From assembly GCA_012522575.1 (NCBI GenBank), contig JAAYKE010000049.1:2445-66444 (forward strand): DNA of 64,000 nt, written 5' to 3'. The DNA comes from Armatimonadota bacterium. GTDB lineage: Bacteria; Armatimonadota; UBA5829. Under the pieces are notes generated by a model that made no database searches, was not told the DNA's origin, and worked only from the letters and a program-made list of their open reading frames with translations. Of the stretch, positions 47,468 through 55,273 are shown piece after piece; positions within the stretch are counted from its first letter, which is position 1; every line of letters starts with the position of its first letter. The translations under genes and the position numbers were made by a program.

Positions 47468-48231
47468 CACGGCCAGATGACGCCGGCAATCAAAAAATTG
47501 AAGTGACACTGGACGAGCCGGTCGATACGCCTGAGCAGGGATCAAATAGACCGCAAGGGGAATCGGAAGGCGCGATTCCACCGGGAGCCGTTGAGGTCTA
47601 TATAGACAAGGCTGTGCTTGAATCGACCTGGGAGCATGTGCTCACAAACAGGCGCACCGAGCTTGGCGGAGTGCTGATTGGGCGGCGCAGGGAAGCGGAC
47701 GGAACCTTTACGCACATCACAAACTGGCTTGACGCGAGGCACACGACCACCACCTCCGGCAGCCTGACATTCACACACGATGCCTGGGCCGATATAGCGC
47801 AACGAATGAGCGATATGGATCCGGATGACAAAATTGTCGGATGGTATCATTCTCATCCCGGCCACGGCGTTTTTATGAGCGGCCAGGATAGATTTATCCA
47901 TAATAACTTCTTTGCCAATGACTGGCAGTGTGCGCTGGTGATTGACCCAATTAAAAACGACAGGGGATTGTTTCAATTAGTCAACGGACAGATTGTGCGC
48001 ACCGGGTATTGGTGTGTGCCCGACAAGCCGGTGTATGTGACTCAACAAGATAGTAAGCCCGTTGCCGTGGAAACGCCGCCGCAACAGGATGGGTTGCACG
48101 AAGCGGCAAGCGATTTTCTGGAAGCGGGAGATCATATCGCATCGGGAATAGAGAAATTCGTAAAATATTCTGCACAGCGCATACGCAATTCTAAAGGCCC
48201 GCTTGGCCGGAACATCGACAAAAAGGCGTAA
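47464..48231 (+). CDS. JAB/MPN (JAMM) metalloprotease, copy 2 (soluble)
   Basis: 'ELGGVLIG' glutamate plus 'WYHSHPGHGVFMSGQD' (HxHx7Sx2D); the start overlaps the E2 copy-2 stop (ATGA). Confidence 0.75.
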   Translation: MTRPDDAGNQKIEVTLDEPVDTPEQGSNRPQGESEGAIPPGAVEVYIDKAVLESTWEHVLTNRRTELGGVLIGRRREADGTFTHITNWLDARHTTTTSGSLTFTHDAWADIAQRMSDMDPDDKIVGWYHSHPGHGVFMSGQDRFIHNNFFANDWQCALVIDPIKNDRGLFQLVNGQIVRTGYWCVPDKPVYVTQQDSKPVAVETPPQQDGLHEAASDFLEAGDHIASGIEKFVKYSAQRIRNSKGPLGRNIDKKA

Positions 48232-48258
48232 GACATCGCGCTATAAGGAGCGACTGAG

Positions 48259-49344
48259 ATGAGCAACGACAAAATTGAAATCAGCTTTGACGATGAGGAC
48301 GAGCAGCCGAAGCCCCGGGAAAAGAAACTGATCATTACGAGCGATGACCTGCTCAACGTGCCCGACCCGCAGCCGCTTGCCGCACAGAAGCCTGTGGGGT
48401 TTGATGCGCCTGCGGATTCATATATGCAGTATCAGAAGAAACCATCGGCCTCAGCGGTGTCCGGTCACAGTATTATGCAGGGAGCAATCGCCGGGCTTAT
48501 TGGCGGTTTTTTGGCGTGGGCTGTCACTGAGCCTTTATTTGGGGACAATGTGGCCAGCAGCAATTTTGTCAGTATCATCGTTAAAATGGGTTTTTTCGGC
48601 GGACTGATCGGAGGGCTGATTGGCGGTTGCCTGGGAGCTGCGGATGGAGTTGTTTCAGGAGTTGCTGAAAAGGCGTTCAAGGCCGGCGCAATTGGCTTGG
48701 GGATCGGAATGGGCGGCGGTTTTCTGGGCGGAGTTTTTGGGCAGATTGTCTATGGCGCTCTGCTGCAATCGGGAGAACCCGGACTTGGCACATATATGGT
48801 GGCGCGAACAATCGGCTGGTCGGTGGTGGGTGTGTTCGTTGGGTTGGGACAGGGAGTAGGACGAGGCTCCGGCAAGCGCGTGACTAACGGTTTGCTGGGA
48901 GGTCTGGCTGGCGGTTTTATTGCAGGAATTCTGTTTGACCCAATTTCGGTTTTATTTGCTACCGGATTGTTGAGCCGACTCTTTGGAATCACGATACTCG
49001 GCGCTGCTGCCGGGCTGGCGGTCGGATTGGTGGAGGAAATGCGAAAGCAAGCCTGGTTATCTATAGTCAAAGGGCCGCTTGCGGGCAAGCAGTTTATTTT
49101 ATATGAACAAAGAACGAGAATTGGCAGTTCTCCCAAGTGTGAAATTAGTCTGGTAAAAGACCCGCAGGTGATGCCGGAACACATTGCCATAGATAATCAC
49201 GGCAGCAGTTTCAGCCTCAGCGCTCTTATGGGACAGGCGCTGGTGGACGGACGACCGGTACATCAAACCCGGCTGCAGGCGGGGAATATGATCACACTCG
49301 GTTCGACGTCGCTGCTCTTTGAGGAGAAGGCGATCGGTCAGTAG
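48259..49344 (+). CDS. Membrane protein with a glycine-zipper TM region and a C-terminal FHA-like domain
   Basis: N-terminal acidic 'KIEISFDDEDEQ'; GxxxG-rich hydrophobic core 'GAIAGLIGGFLAWAV...GGLIGGLIGGCLGAADG...GIGMGGGFLGGVFG'; C-terminal 'GKQFILYEQRTRIGSSPKCEISLVKDPQVMPEHIAID.....L.....ALVDGRPV....L..GNMITLGSTSLLFE' matches an FHA fold pattern. Confidence 0.55.
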   Translation: MSNDKIEISFDDEDEQPKPREKKLIITSDDLLNVPDPQPLAAQKPVGFDAPADSYMQYQKKPSASAVSGHSIMQGAIAGLIGGFLAWAVTEPLFGDNVASSNFVSIIVKMGFFGGLIGGLIGGCLGAADGVVSGVAEKAFKAGAIGLGIGMGGGFLGGVFGQIVYGALLQSGEPGLGTYMVARTIGWSVVGVFVGLGQGVGRGSGKRVTNGLLGGLAGGFIAGILFDPISVLFATGLLSRLFGITILGAAAGLAVGLVEEMRKQAWLSIVKGPLAGKQFILYEQRTRIGSSPKCEISLVKDPQVMPEHIAIDNHGSSFSLSALMGQALVDGRPVHQTRLQAGNMITLGSTSLLFEEKAIGQ

Positions 49345-49380
49345 ATATCTGACTAAGGAGCGATAAGGCCATTAACGCAG

Positions 49381-49500
49381 TCATCGGGAAAATCTGCCCT
49401 TTTTGCCAGACTCCTATAAAATCGGAGGACGATTGGGATTCGGATGACGACGACGATGGTTGGGATTCCGAGGAATATGATGATGACTGGGATTACTGAT
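49381..49500 (+). pseudogene. Fragment of a fourth zinc-finger paralog fused to an acidic Trp-rich tail (no ATG start)
   Basis: The in-frame translation '...GKICPFCQTPIKSEDDWDSDDDDDGWDSEEYDDDWDY*' carries only the first CxxC of the paralog motif; the upstream in-frame stop leaves no canonical start. Confidence 0.4.
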
Positions 49501-49526
49501 TTGGTTATAGGGTTGGGAGGGCTAAT

Positions 49527-50102
49527 ATGATCGCGCCTAGGCGCATTTTGGGCCTTATCTGCGGGGTGTGCGCGGTGATATTGGTCGTGGGATGCAGCGG
49601 TGGTAATTCATCCGCGCCTGCCGAGGGAAATCGGCCCCAGTCGCTGTTTAGCGCAGATTTGGCCGAACGACTGGACAGACACGATGCGCAAACCGGGGAT
49701 GTGCAGGCGAGTTTGATCTGGAATAACTACAACGACCTCGACTTGCACATTATTGATCCGAATGATGAACGGATATATTTCGCGCACAAACGGGCCAGGT
49801 CAGGAGGGGAACTCGATGTGGATATGAACGCGCGCGGTCGGGAATCTAATGAGCCGGTCGAAAACATCTATTTCCCGCAAGGCGGAGCGCCCGCCGGACG
49901 CTACAGGGTCTACGTTCATTACTATGCCAAGCACGACTCCGATAACCTCACCCCGTTCAGATGCGAAGTGCTGGTCAAAGATGAGGTGCATAAATTCTCC
50001 GGGGAGATGTCCAAAGGCGATCCGATCCGACTGATTTATGAATTCACACTGGAAGGCAAGCAGGAAAAACCAATTCCACTGCTGTTTTCACCGAGAAGAT
50101 AG
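49527..50102 (+). CDS. Lipoprotein of unknown function
   Basis: 'MIAPRRILGLICGVCAVILVVGCSGG' lipobox; conserved-looking 'LIWNNYNDLDLHIIDPNDERIYF....GGELDVDMN' beta-rich domain; RBS 'GGGAGGG' upstream. Confidence 0.5.
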   Translation: MIAPRRILGLICGVCAVILVVGCSGGNSSAPAEGNRPQSLFSADLAERLDRHDAQTGDVQASLIWNNYNDLDLHIIDPNDERIYFAHKRARSGGELDVDMNARGRESNEPVENIYFPQGGAPAGRYRVYVHYYAKHDSDNLTPFRCEVLVKDEVHKFSGEMSKGDPIRLIYEFTLEGKQEKPIPLLFSPRR

Positions 50103-50229
50103 ATGAACGCTCAAAACGGACCGGCGATACTTGCAAGCAAATAACCCGTCGGAGTTTTCAAGTAAGCAAATTAGCCAGGATGGATTCGAAAGGCACATCT
50201 GCCAGCTAGGGAAATAGTAGGCCGACTTG

Positions 50230-50934
50230 TCAATAATTAAATGCCAGTGCTTTTCCAAAGCCCGCGTAAGGCACCTTCACAAAGAACGCCCCGGCAGCAT
50301 AGTAGCTGACGGCATATTGCTCTATCAAAAAAGTGACCCCGGCAGGAGTGATAACGAACTCCTTGGTCAGTTTGTCGCTGTCGGCGGTCACTGTCCCATC
50401 CTGCACCCAGGTCGCGTTTTGGTTGCTCTGAAGCTGCGCATAGACCCTCTCGCCCGCCAGCTTTTTTGCGTCCACTTCGGGTTTGAACAGATCTTGCAGG
50501 GCCAGCAGTTTCGGTTTACCGTTTATAACCCCGTAGTTCCTGCCGTGGAAGTAGGTCATGCCATGTGCTCCGCCGGTATAGGTATACTCGGTGAAGTATA
50601 GGCTGATGAGGTCGGGCCGGGCGATGGATACGGCAGGCTCAAGCACATAGGAGTAACGCAACGGAATATCTTTTCCCTCAAAGTCTTTCTTCATCTGGGC
50701 AAGGTCTTTTCGAAAAGCTTGAAGCCGTTCACCGGCGAACTTCAGCAGGTCAGCGTTTGCCGTTTTTATTACCGTGTCTGAGCCGGCAAACTGCGGATAA
50801 GTTACCTTTATCTCGGCATCTCCAGTTCTTATTGAAGCTATCTTTACGCCGAGCTTCTCCTGAGCTATAGACATCTGAAGCCCGGCAAGCGTAAGCACCA
50901 TACAAACCAAAGCTGTGCTAAATATGCGCTTCAA
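50230..50934 (-). CDS. DUF3298/DUF4163 (RsiV-like) domain secreted protein
   Basis: Signal peptide; 'TYTGGAHGMTYFHGRNY' is the DUF3298 hallmark. Confidence 0.55.
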   Translation of the reverse strand: MKRIFSTALVCMVLTLAGLQMSIAQEKLGVKIASIRTGDAEIKVTYPQFAGSDTVIKTANADLLKFAGERLQAFRKDLAQMKKDFEGKDIPLRYSYVLEPAVSIARPDLISLYFTEYTYTGGAHGMTYFHGRNYGVINGKPKLLALQDLFKPEVDAKKLAGERVYAQLQSNQNATWVQDGTVTADSDKLTKEFVITPAGVTFLIEQYAVSYYAAGAFFVKVPYAGFGKALAFNY

Positions 50935-51066
50935 GAGTGTGCCTCCTCATACATATCTTTCCAAGTAAGACCGCATGCGCGCCGTTGGATTTAGAGATAT
51001 CCGTCAAAACCCCGCCGGAACCCGACGAGGTCAATTTCGCATAGAGAACGGTTCTATTTTGATTAT

Positions 51067-51144
51067 TGGTCGGGGCGGAGAGATTTGAACTCTCGGCCTC
51101 CAGTTCCCAAAACTGGCGCGCTAACCAAGCTGCGCTACGCCCCG
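51067..51144 (-). tRNA. tRNA-Pro (anticodon TGG)
   Basis: A manually folded reverse-strand cloverleaf: acceptor CGGGGCG/CGCCCCG, D-arm GCGC-AGCTTGGTTA-GCGC, anticodon stem CCAGT/ACTGG with loop TTTGGGA, T-arm GAGAG-TTCAAAT-CTCTC, discriminator A plus CCA. Confidence 0.85.
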
Positions 51145-51225
51145 ATCGACAATATTATATCACACACCACGCCCGTATAACAGGCTTGGTGACCCTCACT
51201 TTACATCATCCCAAAAGCGCGTCGA

Positions 51226-52422
51226 TTATTGAGACAACTCCAAAACCAGCAACTCCATAATCATTCGCGGATCCTCCACGTGTGCGCCCCCATCAGCCCC
51301 TTTTAGCATAGAATCGGCCCTGGCAATCGCATCGAACCCGTTTATGAGATGATCGCGCGACATAAGCGATGCCTGCGATCTGAGACGGTTTTCCTGCCAA
51401 CTCTGCCTGCTCAGGATGTCGAGCAGATTCGGAGTAGATGGCAGAAATGACAGCAACTCCTGCGGAACCGAGCCTTTTTGAAAGTATCTGACTCCGGCCT
51501 TTGAAAGCATTTTATACTGCCATATCAATCTGAACGTGCGAGCAATGTTCGCCAGCACCTTGGGAGCCTCGGATTCCGGTCGGTCGCCGGTCTCAAATAA
51601 TTCATCCAGAAATCGCATAGCCTCTCTGGGTTTTCGAGCGCCAATCGCATCCACCAGCTTGAATACCTTCTCCTCCGGAGTCTCACAGACCACCCTGGCG
51701 ACATCGGCAGCCTTGATTGCAGAGCCGTCACCGGAATAATCGATCAGCTTTTGAGCCTCAGAAGTCAACACCGAAAAATCTGCGCCTACACGCTGAATGA
51801 ATGCAGTGAGAGTCTTTTCATCGATTTTTTTGCCCGCTGCGGCAAATATAGAGGCGGCGTGTTTGCGAGCGCTGTCGGTTCGAGCACGACCCTTTTCCCC
51901 GCCAACCTTTACTACGCTGCCCACCTTGCGAATGGCCCTGGAAATATCCCCGATAACCTCATCGCCCTTTTTAATCCTGCCCCCCGTTTTGTCCGATGCA
52001 GGAGTGACCAATATCAAACACGCGCTCGAAGGCGTATCAGGTAGCTGCCGTGCAAGTTTCTTCTGTTCGGCCTCATCCATCTTATTGGCGAACTTGACCA
52101 GCACAACTCTTTTGGTAGAAGAAAACGGAGGGATGGCAAGCCCTGCCATAATGCGATCCGAAGTTGCCGAATCGCCCTCCATCTGCTCGAAGTCGAAGTC
52201 CGCGAAATCAGGCGCGACAAGATCGCCGAGCAATTTTTCAAGCTCCTGCTGTTTGCGATAATCATCGTCCCCCGCGAACAGATATGCGCGAGGCTGGTTG
52301 GCAGATTTGTCTTTCGAACTCATAGCATACGCATTATCGCACTCCAGGCCACAATTGGCAACCGTTTCCAATAACCCAGCAATTTTACCTGTTTTGGCAG
52401 GTAATAAAGGTATTTGGGGCAT
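51226..52422 (-). CDS. holA: DNA polymerase III subunit delta
   Basis: N-terminal 'YLFAGDDDYRKQQELEKL', then 'PPFSSTKRVVLV', then 'CLILV': an LxxG(E/D)-type clamp-loader delta layout; about 400 aa. Confidence 0.55.
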   Translation of the reverse strand: MPQIPLLPAKTGKIAGLLETVANCGLECDNAYAMSSKDKSANQPRAYLFAGDDDYRKQQELEKLLGDLVAPDFADFDFEQMEGDSATSDRIMAGLAIPPFSSTKRVVLVKFANKMDEAEQKKLARQLPDTPSSACLILVTPASDKTGGRIKKGDEVIGDISRAIRKVGSVVKVGGEKGRARTDSARKHAASIFAAAGKKIDEKTLTAFIQRVGADFSVLTSEAQKLIDYSGDGSAIKAADVARVVCETPEEKVFKLVDAIGARKPREAMRFLDELFETGDRPESEAPKVLANIARTFRLIWQYKMLSKAGVRYFQKGSVPQELLSFLPSTPNLLDILSRQSWQENRLRSQASLMSRDHLINGFDAIARADSMLKGADGGAHVEDPRMIMELLVLELSQ

Positions 52423-52681
52423 AGAAGGGGAATATTATAAATGTCCGACCATTTAGTGGTTGGGAATATAGGCTGCTCCTCGCGGGTAAGGCTCGCGAAG
52501 TCAGCAATCAATGGAGGATCGAATGGTCCTTTCCCTTTACCACGAACTCGCAAAAAGCGAGCGACGGACCTGAGCCAGGCGACGCGGAAAGTTCGGGGCA
52601 ACTGCGATTTCCACTAGCCTGGCTCAATCTTGTCCGGACGATAATGCAGGGTTTATCGTTATCTGCATAGAATCCCACACT

Positions 52682-53665
52682 GTGAACGAATCTATTTTTC
52701 TCGTTGAACCCCAGGATGCCGGCAAGCGGCTCGACGTGTATCTGGCGGAGCGGATTCCGGAGATTTCTCGGTCTCATATACAAAAACTCATCGCCAGAGC
52801 TTGCGTGACGGTGAACGGATCGACGGCCAGATCAGGGTATAAGATCCAAACCGGAGAAGCTCTGCGCGTGGAAATACCTCCCCCTGAACCCGCCGATATC
52901 AGCCCGGAGCAAATACCGCTGGACGTCGCCTACGAGGACGAACATATCATCGTCATCAACAAACCCAAATCCATGACCGTGCACCCTGCGCCGGGCCACA
53001 GAAGCGGCACCCTTGTCAACGCGGTGGTTGCGTATTCCGATGACCTGTCCGGGATTGGAGGCACGGAGCGGCCGGGGATCGTTCATAGACTGGATAAAAA
53101 CACCTCCGGGCTGCTGGTTGTAGCCAAGACCGATGCGGCGCATTCATCGCTGCAGGCTCAGATTCAGAGCCGAAGCGCCGAGAGAAAATATCTTGCCCTC
53201 GTCTGGGGGTCGACTAATTTCAACGAGGCCGTTGTCGATGCTCCCATAGGACGTCACCCGACCGACCGTCAAAAGCAGGCGGTGATAAAAGATACCGAAC
53301 GCTACACCGCTCGCGAGGCTATCACTCACTTAAAGGTCCTGGAAAGGTTTGACGGATTTACTTTCCTTGAGGCAAAACTCGACACCGGACGCACGCATCA
53401 GATTCGCGTCCACTGCGTATTTATCGGTCATCCGGTAGTCGGCGATCCCACCTACGGCGGCACAAAACGCGCTATGCCATCATCCTATGGAAAGCTTGAT
53501 GCGCCCGATCTATTGCAACTTATAGAAGCTCTGCAAGGGCAGGCTCTGCATGCATATTCCCTGTCGTTTGATCATCCCGCAACCGGCAAGCGATTGAGCT
53601 TTGAAGTTCCGATGCCATCGGATACAGCGGCGTTGGTCGATTGGCTGAGGAATTGGACCCAATAA
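52682..53665 (+). CDS. rluD: RluA-family 23S rRNA pseudouridine synthase (RluD-like) with an N-terminal S4 domain
   Basis: 'GIVHRLDKNTSGLLVVAKT' catalytic Asp block; N-terminal S4-like 'RLDVYLAE...SRSHIQKLI'. Confidence 0.8.
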   Translation: MNESIFLVEPQDAGKRLDVYLAERIPEISRSHIQKLIARACVTVNGSTARSGYKIQTGEALRVEIPPPEPADISPEQIPLDVAYEDEHIIVINKPKSMTVHPAPGHRSGTLVNAVVAYSDDLSGIGGTERPGIVHRLDKNTSGLLVVAKTDAAHSSLQAQIQSRSAERKYLALVWGSTNFNEAVVDAPIGRHPTDRQKQAVIKDTERYTAREAITHLKVLERFDGFTFLEAKLDTGRTHQIRVHCVFIGHPVVGDPTYGGTKRAMPSSYGKLDAPDLLQLIEALQGQALHAYSLSFDHPATGKRLSFEVPMPSDTAALVDWLRNWTQ

Positions 53666-53755
53666 AACAAAGATGGATGGCAATACGGTAAATGCCACCC
53701 ATCCAGGATATATGCAGAACAAATTCGCATACTATTGCATCAGGTAATCGACGTC

Positions 53756-54646
53756 CTAATCAGTAGTTGTCGGACTAGCAGAGCCGTAGTAGTATGAATT
53801 GCGATGCCACGGACACCGGCAAGGCGTATTTGCCCTATGTGTAGTTCCGCCGGCATACGTGTCGTGCAATCCTCGTATTTTTAGGATCTCTTTCTTTGGA
53901 ATCCACTTAGTGTGGCCATCTGCGAACGAACAGGTCGTGCCTTCCCAGTGAATATCGCCGGGATCGTCGAATGACGCGTAGCTCCACCACTGGAAGAACC
54001 CGTCGTTCTGGCCATTCAAGCCGGCTTTTGTGCCGCGTTTTTCGTGTATCAGGAACATAATCTGCCCGGACCGGCCTGCCGTAGCAGCCGCAAGTTTAAC
54101 GGTAAACGGCGCAGCTTGCTTGTCGCAGAGGTCCTCATTGACCGCATAGCTGACCCCGAAACCTGCCGGCAAAGTAGACGCCTGATATTCAGTCGCTCCT
54201 TTAGGCCAGGATGCCTTATCCATCCAACCTATTCTGCGGCCGCCATAATAGCAAGGAATGTTCATATCCGATGGGCAGTTGAACAAGGCTATGCCTCTGG
54301 CATATCCGCCGATAGCCAGCGATCCTTTGCGGGGGTCACAAGGCACTATGCTTGTGTCTCCGCCGGCAACTCCTCTGTCGAAGGTGGAGCCTGTCCACTC
54401 TATCGTTGCTCGACCGGTGTAGTTCGCCATTCGGCTTCTGGAGGAAACCGGCAGAAATCCGTCATTGTCATCAGCATAGCTGAACATCGCCAAAGTGAGC
54501 TGTTTGAGGTTGGAGGTGCAGGTAGCCTGTCTGCCGCGCTCTTTCGCGTTCAGGAACACAGGAAAAAGAATGGCTGCTAAGATAGCAATAATTGCAATTA
54601 CAACCAACAGCTCAATGAGTGTGAATCCTCGCTTGGTCATTATCAA
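53756..54646 (-). CDS. Prepilin-type N-terminal cleavage/methylation domain protein with DUF1559 (H-X9-DG family pseudopilin)
   Basis: '[26 protein letters not shown]' class III signal peptide; 'CTSNLKQL..A...[10 protein letters not shown]' DUF1559-like. Confidence 0.7.
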   Translation of the reverse strand: MIMTKRGFTLIELLVVIAIIAILAAILFPVFLNAKERGRQATCTSNLKQLTLAMFSYADDNDGFLPVSSRSRMANYTGRATIEWTGSTFDRGVAGGDTSIVPCDPRKGSLAIGGYARGIALFNCPSDMNIPCYYGGRRIGWMDKASWPKGATEYQASTLPAGFGVSYAVNEDLCDKQAAPFTVKLAAATAGRSGQIMFLIHEKRGTKAGLNGQNDGFFQWWSYASFDDPGDIHWEGTTCSFADGHTKWIPKKEILKIRGLHDTYAGGTTHRANTPCRCPWHRNSYYYGSASPTTTD

Positions 54647-54891
54647 ACCTCATTTCAATCTAAGAAGCAGGTCTTGCGGGCGTGCGGACACGCATATGTC
54701 CATCACAGCTTAAGTATCGCATGCCGCTGATTGAATGTCAACATATAATTACCTGCTTTTCAATGCACGCTGACTTGATATCGTGATCCGGGTTAATTAT
54801 GACCCGTGAATGGGGTATGTATACTCCTGAGCCTGTATTCACCGGGCGTGCGATACCTAGTTTTCGCCCAATAAAAGATGGAGGACTATGA

Positions 54892-55206
54892 ATGGAGAGA
54901 ATCAAACACCTCAACGATCAAATCGAGTTTCCCAAAGAAGGCATTCTGAGCAAGACCGTATTTGAAGATGCTTGCGGAGAAGCGGACCTTTTTATGCTTC
55001 CAAAAGGAGCGAAAATATCGACGCACACCTCGTCACGCCCTGCCGCTATTATCGTTTTGCAGGGAGAAGCCGAGTTTGTGCTCGGAGATGAGCCATATAA
55101 CGTGAAGGCCGGGGACTGGTTTTTTATGGAGGCCGAGCTTCCGCACTCGCTGGCTGCAATCGAGGACTTTGCTTTTCTGCTGACCCTTTTCGGAAGCAGC
55201 GACTGA
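54892..55206 (+). CDS. Cupin domain protein
   Basis: 104 aa with 'HTSSRPAAIIVLQGEAEF......Y.VKAGDWFFMEAELPH', the two-His cupin motif pattern. Confidence 0.5.
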   Translation: MERIKHLNDQIEFPKEGILSKTVFEDACGEADLFMLPKGAKISTHTSSRPAAIIVLQGEAEFVLGDEPYNVKAGDWFFMEAELPHSLAAIEDFAFLLTLFGSSD

Positions 55207-55273
55207 GCTATCACAAATAAACGAGGCGGCGATGAATCCCATGCCGCCTCGTTGAAATCACACTACCCTGAGA

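Noticed and set aside
53680-53730. Hairpin 'TGGATGGCA...TGCCACCCATCCA' between rluD and the prepilin-like gene as a terminator
   Set aside because: The stem is imperfect (2-nt bulge) and no U-tract follows, so it is too weak to call.
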